A stretch of DNA of 64,000 bases from Myxococcota bacterium (GCA_965247115.1 CBDFGR010000003.1:451867-515866); one strand, 5' to 3'; positions 36,796 to 46,916 are shown, numbered from the stretch's first letter. Program-made: numbers and translations. The notes: generated by a model from the letters alone, not told the origin.

Positions 36796-37623
36796 ATGAG
36801 TTCCGGGGGGGAGAGCGCGGCCCTGGCTGGGTGGCGAGCCAGGCTCCACGAGATCATCTTCGAAGCGGACACTCGCGCAGGCAAGGCCTTCGACGTGGGA
36901 CTGCTGCTCACGATTACAGCCAGCCTCGTCGCGGTCAGCCTCGAGACGGTGTCGCCTTACGGGACCGAGCACGGGCGCACGCTGCGACTCCTGGAATGGG
37001 GCTTCACGCTCGTATTCAGCGCCGAGTACGCCTTGCGGCTCTTCTGTGTGCAGCGCCCGCTCGCCTACGCGCGCAGCTTCTACGGGATCGTGGACCTGCT
37101 GGCCATCTTCCCGACGTACCTGAGCGTGCTGTTCCCCGGTGCGCAGTCCTTCCTGATCGTTCGCGCGCTGCGCCTGCTGCGCGTGTTCCGGATCTTCAAG
37201 CTGGCCCGCTTCGTGGGCGAGATGGAAGTGCTGCGGACCGCCCTGCGCCAGAGCCGGCGCAAGATCACCGTGTTCGTGATCACGCTGCTCACGATTGTCG
37301 CCATCATGGGCGCCCTGATGTACCTGATCGAGGGTGACGAGTCCGGATTCACGAGCATCCCGCGCGGGATGTACTGGGCGATCGTGACCATGACCACCGT
37401 CGGATACGGGGATATCTCGCCCCAGACGCCGCTGGGACAGGTCGTAGCCTCTGTCTTGATGGTGATGGGCTACGGGCTTCTTGCCATTCCCACGGGGATC
37501 TTCTCCGCCGAGCTGATCGAGCTGACGCGGAAGCCGGTCAGCACACAGGTCTGTCCCAGCTGCTCGGCGGAAGGCCACGACGCCGATGCCGTCTACTGCA
37601 AATTCTGTGGCGTGGGTCTCTAG
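36796..37623 (+). CDS. Voltage-gated-type K+ channel (6TM, S4 sensor) with a C-terminal zinc-ribbon.
   Basis: S4 RALRLLRVFRIFKLARF with regularly spaced Arg; selectivity filter TTVGYGD; C-terminal CPSC...CKFCG. Confidence 0.85.
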   Translation: MSSGGESAALAGWRARLHEIIFEADTRAGKAFDVGLLLTITASLVAVSLETVSPYGTEHGRTLRLLEWGFTLVFSAEYALRLFCVQRPLAYARSFYGIVDLLAIFPTYLSVLFPGAQSFLIVRALRLLRVFRIFKLARFVGEMEVLRTALRQSRRKITVFVITLLTIVAIMGALMYLIEGDESGFTSIPRGMYWAIVTMTTVGYGDISPQTPLGQVVASVLMVMGYGLLAIPTGIFSAELIELTRKPVSTQVCPSCSAEGHDADAVYCKFCGVGL

Positions 37624-37754
37624 GGGCGCCGCGCCGAAGGTCGCCTGCGGGCCCGGCGTTTGTTGTTCGAGCTTGCATAGCACTGTGATATGGTCGGACC
37701 ACGGGACGCGAGGGCTCCGCGCTCGGAGGGACCGGCGCGGGAACTTCAAAGCTC

Positions 37755-38084
37755 GTGTTTGAGGAACGTAGTTTGGCCAAGAAGCTATACGTAGGGAATA
37801 TTTCGTTCACGACGACCGAGGTCGAGCTTCGAGAGGTGTTCGAGAAGCACGGAGCCCTGGAGTCGGTCAACGTGATCACGGACCGGGAGACGGGCCGGTC
37901 GCGTGGATTCGCATTCGTCGAGTTCGCAGAGGAGAGCGGCGCGCAAGCCGCTCAGCAAGCTCTGGACGGCACGGAGCTGAGCGGGCGGAGTCTGCGTGTG
38001 AATGAGGCTCACGACCGTGGGCGTGGCGGTGGCGGTGGCGGCGGCGGTGGTGGCCGCGGCGGCTACGGGCGAGATCGCTACTGA
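37755..38084 (+). CDS. RRM-domain RNA-binding protein with a Gly-rich tail.
   Basis: RNP-2 KLYVGNI, RNP-1 RGFAFVEF, then GGGGGGGGGGRGGYGRDRY. A TTG at 37773 may be the real start. Confidence 0.85.
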   Translation: MFEERSLAKKLYVGNISFTTTEVELREVFEKHGALESVNVITDRETGRSRGFAFVEFAEESGAQAAQQALDGTELSGRSLRVNEAHDRGRGGGGGGGGGGRGGYGRDRY

Positions 38085-38493
38085 CACGAACCCCTCGCGC
38101 GCCCTCTGCGCGCTGAGGTGCTCCCGGGGCTGGATCCGAGCTCCTCGGACGTGGGCTGCGCTCGCGGTGAGTACGCTCGGGCTCGCGCTCGTCTCCGCCA
38201 CGTGCGCGCCATATCAGAACGTGGGAATCGACAGCCGACCGGCTGCGGCCGAGGTCTTCGTCGACGGCTTCCGGATCGGTCAGACGCCGGTCCGAATTCC
38301 GATCGGAACCCTGAGCGACCACAAGGTCTACCTGAAGAAGGAGGGCTACCGCCCCGAGCTCGTCATCCTGACGCTGCGTGAGCCGCCCGACCGCCTCAAC
38401 TTCCTGACCCCGCCCGACATCTTTGTCACGCTCGTCCCCCTGGACGACAGGTCCATCGGCAGCGACCTCCAGATCGAGCCGGAGGAGGACTAA
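38002..38493 (+). CDS. PEGA-domain lipoprotein.
   Basis: Lipobox LALVSATC; PEGA core EVFVDGFRIGQTPVRIPIGTLSDHKVYLKKEGYRPE. The start is uncertain; the ORF overlaps the 3' end of the RRM gene in another frame. Confidence 0.5.
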   Translation: MRLTTVGVAVAVAAAVVAAAATGEIATDTNPSRALCALRCSRGWIRAPRTWAALAVSTLGLALVSATCAPYQNVGIDSRPAAAEVFVDGFRIGQTPVRIPIGTLSDHKVYLKKEGYRPELVILTLREPPDRLNFLTPPDIFVTLVPLDDRSIGSDLQIEPEED

Positions 38494-40060
38494 GAGAGGC
38501 CGAGGCGGGGGCGGGCCGAGTAGCCGAGCTCGGCCTCGAGAACCATTCCTACACGACAGAGTGTTGATTCGTCGTAGAGGCGTCCGTGGAGCGTCAGCGC
38601 CGCGGGCGTGCCATCCACACGAAAGCCGACGGGGAGGGTCAAAGACGGGTGGCCGGTCGCGTTCGTGATCGGCGAGAAGCCGGCTCCCATCCCCGGCGCC
38701 ACAAGGATCTCGGTCTGCTCGAAGAGATCGCGCATCGCCCCCATGGCGTTCCTGCGCAGCCGCTGCAGCTGCACGTACTCGACTGCCGACGTGTAGTGGG
38801 CTGTGCGAAAGCTGTTCGGCCACGAGCGCGCCTCCTGCTGGCGCAGCTCGTCGTCGCGGTTCGTGAGTGTGAGCTCCTGAAAGGCGGCCGCCGCCTCGAC
38901 GAAGAGCAGCGTCAGCACCACCTCGTACGACAACTCCGGCGCGGTGATCTCCACGAGCTCGAGTCCGCTGCGTTCGAGAGCAGAGAGCGCTTCCCGTTCA
39001 CTCGCTCCCGCCTTGGGTTCCGCGAACCACTCGGGAACGTATCCCACGCGGCCCCCGGCCACGGCGGCATCCGCGTCGAAGCCGAAGCAGACATCGACGG
39101 CATCGGGATCGCCCTCGTGGCTGCCGTGGATGGCGTCAAGCACGACGGCGGTGTCCTCCACACTCCTGCAGATGGGCCCGAGCTTGTCGAGCGACCAGCA
39201 CAGGGTCATGGAGCCGGTGCGCGGAACGCGTCCGAACGTGGGCCGCAGCCCGACCGCCCCGCACGTCATCGACGGGCTGGCGATCGAGCCCAGCGTCTCG
39301 CTGCCAATGGCAAAGCCGACGAGACCGGCCGCCACGGCGGCTGCCGACCCGGCGCTCGAGCCGCCAGAGCCCTGCTCGAGCTTCCAGGGGTTCCGCGTCT
39401 TGCCGCCGAACCAGACGTCGCCCATCGCCAGCTCGCCGAGGCTGAGCTTTGCGACGAGAACCGCTCCAGCGTTGGTCAGGCGACGGACGACCTCGGCATC
39501 CTCGTCGGGAACGCGGTCGCGAAACGGCGCCGCTCCGAAGGTCGTGGCGATCCCCGCGGTGTCCAGCAGGTCTTTCGCTCCCCACGGAACGCCGTGGAGC
39601 GGCCCCCGGTACCGGCCAGCAGCGATCTCCGCGTCCGCACGCTCCGCCGCCCCAAGCGCGCTGTCTTCGGTCAGGGTGACCACACACTCGAGCTGGGCGT
39701 CCGCTTTGGCGAGCCTGGTCAGGTAGAGCCGCGTCAGCTCCACGCTGCTGAGCTCTCGACGCTCGAGCCAGCGCGAGAGCTGCGAGAGCGGAGCAAAGGC
39801 GATGTCCTCTCCTGCCGTCGGAACCCGCGCGGACGACGGGGAGGAGCGAACGAGGGGACGCAACTCGCGCTCGAAGCTCATGCCGGGCAGTACGGGGGTA
39901 AAGCCGGTCGCCGGTCCGAGGCCGTTTGGAAGCTCGACCTGGCGCCGCTTCGCGTAGGCCCGGAGCGGGAGCTCGATCGAAGCGAGCACGAGCTCGCGCT
40001 CGTCTTCGGTGAACTCGAGCCCGAGCAGCTCCTCTGCGGCGGCCAGTGATGAAGTCGTGA
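38490..40060 (-). CDS. Amidase-signature (AS) family amidase.
   Basis: GGSSAGSAAAVAAG amidase signature, with catalytic K in WGAKD and the Ser-cisSer-Lys region. GTG start ~40060 (VSSLTTSSLAAAEELL). The upstream 170 codons of the track ORF are Arg-rich junk. Confidence 0.85.
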
Positions 40061-40141
40061 GTGAGCTCACCAGCAGATTGTAACCCGCTCCGAGTGGGGC
40101 ACAGTTTGCGCGCCTCTGGACGGCTGCTCTAGGGTTGCGCC

Positions 40142-40909
40142 ATGAAGCTCGCCACCTGGAACGTGAACTCCGTGCGCGCCAGGCACGACCGCCTGCTCGC
40201 CTTTCTCGAGCGGCACGATCCGGACGTCGTCTGCCTGCAGGAGACGAAGGTCGTCGACGGTTCGTTCCCCAGCGACGAGATCCGACGTGTCGGTTACGAG
40301 TCGACGTTGCTGGGCCAGAAGACGTACAACGGCGTCGCGATCCTCTCGCGTCGGCCGCCCGAAGACGTGAAGCGAGGCTTCGAGGACGGGAGCGACGATT
40401 CACAGGCGCGCATGATCGCCGCGAGCATCGAGGGCATCCGCTGCGTGTGCGTGTACGTCCCGAACGGCAGGAGCGTGGGGAGCGAGAGCTACGAGTACAA
40501 GCTCGACTGGCTGGCGCGCCTGCGCGATTTCCTCGAGAAGGACTCGAGCCCGGAGCATCCGCTCGCATTGCTCGGCGACTTCAACGTCGCTCCTGCCGAT
40601 CTCGACGTCCACGATCCCGCGGTCTGGCGAGGAGAGATCCTGTGCAGTGACGCCGAACGGGAGGCATTCGCCGAGCTCGGGTCCTGGGGCCTCACCGACA
40701 GCTTCCGAGCCCTCCATCCGGACGAGCAGAAATTCACCTGGTGGGACTACCGTCGGCTCGCGTTCCCCAAAGCCCGCGGCCTGCGAATCGACCACATCCT
40801 GCTCACGCCACCGCTAACAGAACGGCTGCAGGAGGTCGTAGTGGACCGAGACGAACGCAAGGGCAAGGGACCATCCGACCACGCCCCCGTGCTCGCGATC
40901 CTGGACTGA
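40142..40909 (+). CDS. xthA: Exodeoxyribonuclease III.
   Basis: MKLATWNVNSVRAR...CLQETK...LLGDFNVAP...DHAPVLAILD: full ExoIII/APE1 motif set; 255 aa. Confidence 0.95.
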   Translation: MKLATWNVNSVRARHDRLLAFLERHDPDVVCLQETKVVDGSFPSDEIRRVGYESTLLGQKTYNGVAILSRRPPEDVKRGFEDGSDDSQARMIAASIEGIRCVCVYVPNGRSVGSESYEYKLDWLARLRDFLEKDSSPEHPLALLGDFNVAPADLDVHDPAVWRGEILCSDAEREAFAELGSWGLTDSFRALHPDEQKFTWWDYRRLAFPKARGLRIDHILLTPPLTERLQEVVVDRDERKGKGPSDHAPVLAILD

Positions 40910-40910
40910 C

Positions 40911-42164
40911 TCACTCCGTGTCGGGCAGGAGTGGTGCGGGCTTGCCGAAAAGCCAGCCCTGCCCGAACTCGATCCCGAGTTTACCGAGCGTGCGCAGCTC
41001 CTCGAGCCTGGAGAGCCCCTCGCCGATGATCCTTGCGCTCGTATCCTCGGCGATCGCCTGGAAAGCGCGCACCATGTTCTGCCGGGCAGGATCCTCGTCG
41101 ATACCCTGGACGAACGCGCGGTCGATCTTGATGAACTCCGGCGCGAGCTCTAGCACGGCCTCCAACGAGGCGTACCCCGCCCCCGTATCATCCAGCGCGA
41201 ACGTGAAGCCAAGCTTCCCGTACGCATCACGCGCCTCGCGAAAGATCTCGTAGTTCTCGATCGACTCCTGCTCCGAGATCTCGAACACCACGTCGCTCGG
41301 GCTCAGCCCACAGTGGTCGAGCGTGGCGGTGAGCGCATCGGGCTGAAAACTCGGGTCATGGATCGCAGTCGGACGGATGTTGATGAACAGCTTCACCTGC
41401 TCGGGGAAGTCGATCGCTCCCTCGATCGCCTTTTGCCTGCACAGGCAGTCGAGCTCGAATGTCAGGTTCTCGCGCTCGGCGAGGCCAAAGAGCGCCAGCG
41501 GCGAGGACAGCCCGCTGCCTGCCGGACCGCGCGCGAGCGCCTCGTACCCGAACACCGTGAAATCGTTGGCGTACACGATCGGCTCGTAGACCGACCGCAG
41601 CCGGCCCGACACGATGATGTCCAGGAGCTCGCGCCGATTGTCGCGAATGCAGAGGCTGGCGTTCAGCTCAGCGTCGCGCCGCGCCGCGCGGAGCGCGTCC
41701 CGCAGCTGCGTGGCGCCGGAGACGAGCGGGTTGCGCAGCACGAACGCCAACCCGACGGACAGCGCCGGGGTCTCGCGCAGGTACGGATAGACGACCCGCT
41801 GACCGGTGCGCTCGATGCGCTCCCTGATCACCTTGGCGAGCTGGGGAAGCCCTTCGCGGTAGAATGGTGCGTCGCCAGGATCGCGCGCCAGGCAGAGGAT
41901 GACCTCGCTGCGGCCCACCTCGCCGGAGGCGAGTAGCTCACCGCCGCCGAAGTCCTCCTCGCAGACGGACTTCACGATGCCAGCCAGAGTGCAGAGGGCC
42001 CGGCTGTGGGCCTCGTGACCATAGCGGCGCTCGATCTGATCGAGCGGGCTGGCGTCGATGGTGATGACTCCCAGCGCGCCCGCAGCCGAGAAACGCTTCT
42101 CGATCTCGGCGCTCACGTCCCCCAGAGGGAGGATGAATTCCAGAATGGCGGGAGTGTCCGGCAT
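40911..42164 (-). CDS. c-di-GMP phosphodiesterase: EAL domain with a degenerate N-terminal GGDEF-like domain.
   Basis: FGYEALARGP (EAL), the conserved Q/N/E/D motifs, and DDTGAGYASL (DDFGTGYSSL). Confidence 0.85.
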   Translation of the reverse strand: MPDTPAILEFILPLGDVSAEIEKRFSAAGALGVITIDASPLDQIERRYGHEAHSRALCTLAGIVKSVCEEDFGGGELLASGEVGRSEVILCLARDPGDAPFYREGLPQLAKVIRERIERTGQRVVYPYLRETPALSVGLAFVLRNPLVSGATQLRDALRAARRDAELNASLCIRDNRRELLDIIVSGRLRSVYEPIVYANDFTVFGYEALARGPAGSGLSSPLALFGLAERENLTFELDCLCRQKAIEGAIDFPEQVKLFINIRPTAIHDPSFQPDALTATLDHCGLSPSDVVFEISEQESIENYEIFREARDAYGKLGFTFALDDTGAGYASLEAVLELAPEFIKIDRAFVQGIDEDPARQNMVRAFQAIAEDTSARIIGEGLSRLEELRTLGKLGIEFGQGWLFGKPAPLLPDTE

Positions 42165-42233
42165 GGTCCCCAGGCATCTCGAGGTAGTGGATCACCCTCG
42201 GCATCGGCAGCTGCGGGGACATCGTTGAGGACG

Positions 42234-42611
42234 TCAGGAGACCTTGTCCGCCTTCTCGTCGTGAGCTCCATTCACGCGGAGCCACGTCCCATGGCGCAGC
42301 GACAGGTCGAGCTCCGCGGCACACAGGTTGCGCGGGAAGCGTGCGCCGCCAATCCGCGCCCCGTGCAGGCTCGCTCCATCGAGTTCCGCATAGATCAGGT
42401 CGACGCCGCGCAGGTCGGCGTTGCGCAGGTCGGCGTTGCGCAGGTAGGCGCCCCGGAGGTTCGCGTGAGAGAGATCCGCGCCGCGCAAGTCGAGACCCCG
42501 AAGGCTGGCGTTCTCGAGCTGCGGGGCGTCTTCTGCGGCACGTTCGTTAAACTCGTCGAGCTTGCTCTCGACGAGCAGATGGCGTAGCCCGGAGCTCCGA
42601 TCGAGCGTCAT
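42234..42611 (-). CDS. Pentapeptide-repeat protein.
   Basis: Consecutive A(D/N)L(R/S)G pentapeptides: ASLRGLDLRGADLSHANLRGAYLRNADLRNADLRGVDL. Confidence 0.8.
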   Translation of the reverse strand: MTLDRSSGLRHLLVESKLDEFNERAAEDAPQLENASLRGLDLRGADLSHANLRGAYLRNADLRNADLRGVDLIYAELDGASLHGARIGGARFPRNLCAAELDLSLRHGTWLRVNGAHDEKADKVS

Positions 42612-42681
42612 ACAGCTCTCCTTCTCGGCCCCTATCGGGGCTGGTGGCTCGGAGCTTGAGACGATCGGGTCGCTGCCCGTG

Positions 42682-45600
42682 CTACTTCGTGCGCAGGCCA
42701 GGCGGCCCGTCGCACACGCCTGCAGCTGTGAGCACGCTCAGGGCCTGCCTCTCGTAGCGCCCCAGCCCGCGCTCGCGAAACATCGCGGCAGACTCAGCGG
42801 CGTCCCGGTCTCGCGCCTCGGCCTCACCGCGTAGGGCCGCCAGCTTCGCGCGGCCGAGCAGCGCCTTGGCTTGTACGAAACGCGCGCCGAGGTTCCTGGC
42901 CGAGCGCAGCGCCTCGTTCAAACAACGCTCTGCATTCCCCCACCCAGACGGACCTCCTGCCAGCGCAACGGCGCCCAAGCTCAAAAGGCCCCTGGCCTCG
43001 CGCAGGCGGCCGCCGCCGCGGGCACTGCTTCCCTCGGCAACCCGCCTCGCGCGCTCGAGCTCGCCGGCTGCGAGCAGCGCTTCCACGATCAGGTCGACGT
43101 TCGTGGGCAGCTCGCCGTTTCGGAGGCTCTCCTCGATCCTCTCGAGCTCCGCGGCCTCCGCCATGCGCTCGCCACTCTCGGCGCGCACGGCGATCCTGAC
43201 GGCTCGCATCGATCGGGCGGCCGCCACGTTCTCGATCTGATCCGCGATGCCCAGGTCGAGCTCCGACCAGCGCCCGGCCTCGGAGCTGTTGTCTTGCGCG
43301 AACTCCAGGAAGGAGAGCAACGCGGCGCTCCCGGTCTGGAGAGTGCGGTTGTTGTGACGACGCGCCAGCTCGTAGGTCTCGCGCAGGCGGGGCTCCACCG
43401 TCAGGAACTCATCCGCCTCGAAGAGGACCCGGTCCCGAAAGAAGAGCGCGCCCAGGTAGGCGTCCGAGCTGCCTTCCTTCCCGTACAGTTTCTCCACCTC
43501 GAGCAGGGCCGCTTCGCTCTCGCGGCGAGCGTCCTCGAAACGTCCGTCGCGTGCGAGTGCCCAGCCGAGACTGCGGGAGATACGGGCCGCCGACGCCTCG
43601 TGTCCAGCCCGACGCGCGACGTCCAGGCCCTGCTCGACCAGAGCCAGTCCCTCGTCGAAGTCTCCATCGCGACTATCGATCACGAGCAGGCCGCGGTTCG
43701 CCAGCAGGTTCGCAAGCTCCTCACGGTCAGCGAGCCGCTCCGCGAGCTCTATGCCACGGCGAGCAGCCCGGAGCTGCTCTTCTCGTTCTCGCCCGTAGAC
43801 GAGGCCCACACGCGCGACACCCGCACTGGCGTGGAGCACCGAACGCAGCAGCGACTCGTCCTCGTCGGGCGATTCGCCGAGGTTGGCCTCGGCCAACCCC
43901 CAGGCCTCCCGATACAGGCGAGCCGCATCCCCGTACGACGGCAATGCCCCTGCCTCTGCGCCGGCCTGGAGGAGCAGGCGCGTACCCTTGCCCCGATCGT
44001 CGCTGCGGGCAAAGTGGTGCGCCAGCAGCGGCAATCTCACCCTCGCTTCTCCGTCCGCCGCCTCGAGCAGCTCGCCTACGCGCCGGTGCAGCGTGCGCCG
44101 CTCGCGCAGCAGCAACGCGCCGTACGCAACCTCCTGCGTCAGGCTCTCACCGAAGCGGAACTCGTCCTTGTCCACGCCGAGCTTCCGGTGGACGATCCCG
44201 AGTCGCTCGAGCTCCTCGAGCTCCCGATCCACGTCGATGTTCTCTCCGCTCGCGAGGGCGGAGAGCTGCGGCCTGCGGAACTGGCGTCCGAACACCGAGG
44301 CGATCTGCGCTACGCGCTTGGCCGAGGGGCTCAGGCGGTCGAGCCGTGCCTCGAGCAGCTCGTGCACGGTGTCGGGGATGCGGATCTCTTCGACCGGACG
44401 GGTGAGCTCGACCCGACCCGAGCTACTCACCAGCGTCCCATCCTCGACCAGGGTCTTCGTCAGCTCCTCGAGGAACAGCGGGTTTCCCTCGCCCTTGGCG
44501 AGCACACGCTCCTCCAGCTCGATCGGGAGCGGACCACCCGCGCGGGCACGCACGATCTCCGCGCCCTCCTCCCGAGACAGGGGGGAGAGGTGCAGCTGGG
44601 TCAGCGCCGCTGCGGACTTCCAGGCCGGCACGTATTGCGGCCTGTGGGTCACGAGCAGCATCGAGCGACCCTGCTCGAACTTCGAGAGGGAGAGCTCCAG
44701 CATCTCGCGCGAGGCGTCGTCGATCCAGTGCAGATCCTCGACGATCATCAGCACAGGCGTACGCATGGCTGCGCGCGTGACGAGCCCCACCACCGCGGCG
44801 AACGAGCGCAGCTTGTACTCCTCGGCGCCCACCTCCACGTCGGGTAGGGAGAGCATGGCGTGGAGACCTGGGGCGACGTCCTCCTCGTAGGTGCCGAGAC
44901 CTGCCAGTCCCTTTTCGATCTTGCGGCGAGTTTCCTCTGCCTCTTCTCCCGGCACGATGCCGAAGTAGCGCTGAATCATGCTGACCCACGGGGAGTACGG
45001 CGTGCCCTGAGTCAGCGAAGAGCAACGCGCCTCGAAGAGGGACACCTCGTCTTGCTGAAGCTGCTGCTTGAACTCGTAGATCACGCGCGACTTGCCGGAG
45101 CCCGCTGGGCCGACGACGGCGACAACCTGGCCAAGGCGGCCGCGCGAGCTCTGGTAGCACGAGTCCAGCTGAGCCAGCTGCTCGGCTCGGCCGACGAGAG
45201 GCGTCAGCCCCTCGGAGCGCGCGATGGACATGGGTGTGAGGACCTCGGACAGGCCGAGTACCTCGTGCGCCTGAATCGGGTCGCGCTTGCCCTTGACGTC
45301 GAACGGGCCGAGCGGACGGGTATGGAAGGCGTCGCGCACGACGCGGTGTGTGGCATCACTGACCAGGATCGAGCCCGGAGCAGCCAGCGTCTGGAGCCTA
45401 GCCGCCAGGTTCGTCGTGTCGCCGATCGCGGTGTAGTCCATCTTCAGGTCGTTGCCGACGGTACCCGCCACGACCATCCCGGTATGAATCCCGATCCGTG
45501 CCCTGAGCTCGATGCCTCCCGCCCGCGGCTCGAGCAGAGAGAGCGCGCGCTGGATCGCGACCGCCGCGCGAACTGCGCGCTCGGAATCGTTCTCGTATGA

Positions 45601-46089
45601 GATGGGTGCGCCGAAGAGCGCCATCAGCCCGTCGCCCGAGAGCTGGTTCACGACGCCCTCGAGGCGATAGACCTCCTCGAAGACGAGCTCCAGGTATGAC
45701 TCCAGCAGCTCCCTGTACTCCTCCGGGTCAAGCTCCTCGGCAATCGCCGTAGAGCCCACGAGATCGCAGAACAGTACGGTTGCCCGCTTGCGCTCGCCCG
45801 CCACCGAGCCTGCCTGACGGATCTTCTCCGCCGCCGCCTGCGGGATGTGCCTGGCGAGCCGTAAGAAGCGCTCGCCTTCCGCGTCCGTCTCGCGCTGCGC
45901 AGGGCTCTCGACCGCTCCGGCAGCGGGATGCGGGAGGGAAACCGAGGTGCCGCAATCGGGGCAGAAGCGGTACTCCGGCTCCAGCGGCGCGCCACACCGG
46001 CCGCAGCCGCTCGACGCCCGGGCCCCACAGACGTGGCAGAAGCTCTTTCCCTCGATCAGATCCGTCTGGCAGCTGGAGCACCGCATCAC
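42682..46089 (-). CDS. Multidomain signalling protein: double zinc-ribbon, class III adenylate cyclase (CHD), STAND/AAA NTPase and TPR repeats.
   Basis: CSSCQTDL...CHVCG...CGRCGAP...CPDCG; cyclase FCDLVGSTAIAE...RIGIHTGMVVAGTVG...GDTTNLAARL; Walker A GPAGSGKS; long TPR-like C-terminus; 1135 aa. Confidence 0.85.
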   Translation of the reverse strand: MMRCSSCQTDLIEGKSFCHVCGARASSGCGRCGAPLEPEYRFCPDCGTSVSLPHPAAGAVESPAQRETDAEGERFLRLARHIPQAAAEKIRQAGSVAGERKRATVLFCDLVGSTAIAEELDPEEYRELLESYLELVFEEVYRLEGVVNQLSGDGLMALFGAPISYENDSERAVRAAVAIQRALSLLEPRAGGIELRARIGIHTGMVVAGTVGNDLKMDYTAIGDTTNLAARLQTLAAPGSILVSDATHRVVRDAFHTRPLGPFDVKGKRDPIQAHEVLGLSEVLTPMSIARSEGLTPLVGRAEQLAQLDSCYQSSRGRLGQVVAVVGPAGSGKSRVIYEFKQQLQQDEVSLFEARCSSLTQGTPYSPWVSMIQRYFGIVPGEEAEETRRKIEKGLAGLGTYEEDVAPGLHAMLSLPDVEVGAEEYKLRSFAAVVGLVTRAAMRTPVLMIVEDLHWIDDASREMLELSLSKFEQGRSMLLVTHRPQYVPAWKSAAALTQLHLSPLSREEGAEIVRARAGGPLPIELEERVLAKGEGNPLFLEELTKTLVEDGTLVSSSGRVELTRPVEEIRIPDTVHELLEARLDRLSPSAKRVAQIASVFGRQFRRPQLSALASGENIDVDRELEELERLGIVHRKLGVDKDEFRFGESLTQEVAYGALLLRERRTLHRRVGELLEAADGEARVRLPLLAHHFARSDDRGKGTRLLLQAGAEAGALPSYGDAARLYREAWGLAEANLGESPDEDESLLRSVLHASAGVARVGLVYGREREEQLRAARRGIELAERLADREELANLLANRGLLVIDSRDGDFDEGLALVEQGLDVARRAGHEASAARISRSLGWALARDGRFEDARRESEAALLEVEKLYGKEGSSDAYLGALFFRDRVLFEADEFLTVEPRLRETYELARRHNNRTLQTGSAALLSFLEFAQDNSSEAGRWSELDLGIADQIENVAAARSMRAVRIAVRAESGERMAEAAELERIEESLRNGELPTNVDLIVEALLAAGELERARRVAEGSSARGGGRLREARGLLSLGAVALAGGPSGWGNAERCLNEALRSARNLGARFVQAKALLGRAKLAALRGEAEARDRDAAESAAMFRERGLGRYERQALSVLTAAGVCDGPPGLRTK

Positions 46090-46200
46090 CTCCAGACCTT
46101 GGTGCCGGAGTGGCCGGACGTCAACCGAGGTCGCTCTCGCCCACTCCCATCACCTGGCTGTACGCCAGGGCGGAGCGACCTCGAGCAGCGAGGCCTCTCC

Positions 46201-46215
46201 TGGCACGCCGATGCG
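46201..46215 (+). promoter_or_regulatory. Candidate sigma-54 (-24/-12) promoter upstream of the lipoprotein gene.
   Basis: TGGCACGccgaTGCg matches TGGCACG-N4-TTGCW at the GG/GC positions; ~105 nt upstream of the ATG at 46334. Confidence 0.25.
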
Positions 46216-46333
46216 CAGGGGAAAGCCGCAAAAGCTCGCACCGTCAGGTCCGCGGCACCGGCCGGCACGAAGCGGAAGCCACTCGGGTCGTGGAGCAGGA
46301 GGATGCGATAGGCTAGCCGGCTGGAGGCCATGC

Positions 46334-46786
46334 ATGAGAATCTTCGCGATCGCGTGTACCGCACTGTTCACGCTCAGCGCCTGCGGTCCCGTGGAGCAGG
46401 TGTCCGGCGGACGGCTCTTCGGAGAGAAAGTCAGAGCGCCGGTTTCTGACTGGAGCTTCACCGACGAGATCCTGACCATCGCAGTGGAGACCCGCCCGAG
46501 CTTCCCCCACTCCATCACCACCTGGTGCTTCACGTACGGAGGAGACCTCTACGTTCCCGCGGGCGACCCTGCCACGAAGAAGTGGCCGGAGCTCGTGCGC
46601 CAGAACCCCTCCGTTCGCCTCGCTATTGACGGAAAGATCTATGCCGGCCGGCTCGTGCAGCAGACGGATCGAGTGGAGCTCCGCAAGCTGCTCGAGCCCC
46701 TCGCAGCCAAGTACCACCTCGGCGACCTGTCGTCCGACCCTTCCCGGGACTTCGCTCTCTACCGCTTCGACTACCAGCCGAGCTAG
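46334..46786 (+). CDS. Lipoprotein (hypothetical).
   Basis: SD GGAGG, then ATG; MRIFAIACTALFTLSACG lipobox; 150 aa. The 5' part of the 45845 track ORF is antisense junk. Confidence 0.5.
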   Translation: MRIFAIACTALFTLSACGPVEQVSGGRLFGEKVRAPVSDWSFTDEILTIAVETRPSFPHSITTWCFTYGGDLYVPAGDPATKKWPELVRQNPSVRLAIDGKIYAGRLVQQTDRVELRKLLEPLAAKYHLGDLSSDPSRDFALYRFDYQPS

Positions 46787-46916
46787 ACGCTAACTGCGCG
46801 TTTTTGTTTCTCTATCCAAGGCCGCGAATCTCAGCGGACCGCGGGGCGTCTAACGCACGTGTCGGGTCCTGCTCGTGGAGACACGGGCGGTTGCACCGGA
46901 CGCTCACCGCAAGCCG

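Noticed and set aside
38586-40049. 487-aa plus-strand ORF opposite the amidase gene
   Set aside because: It is antisense to the amidase-signature protein, which carries the GGSSAGSAAAVAAG motif. It is Arg/Gly-rich with no motifs.
42871-44847. 658-aa plus-strand ORF (and 43551..44405, 43883..44890) opposite the cyclase-STAND-TPR gene
   Set aside because: It is antisense to a gene with Walker A and CHD motifs. The composition is Arg/Pro/Ser-rich.
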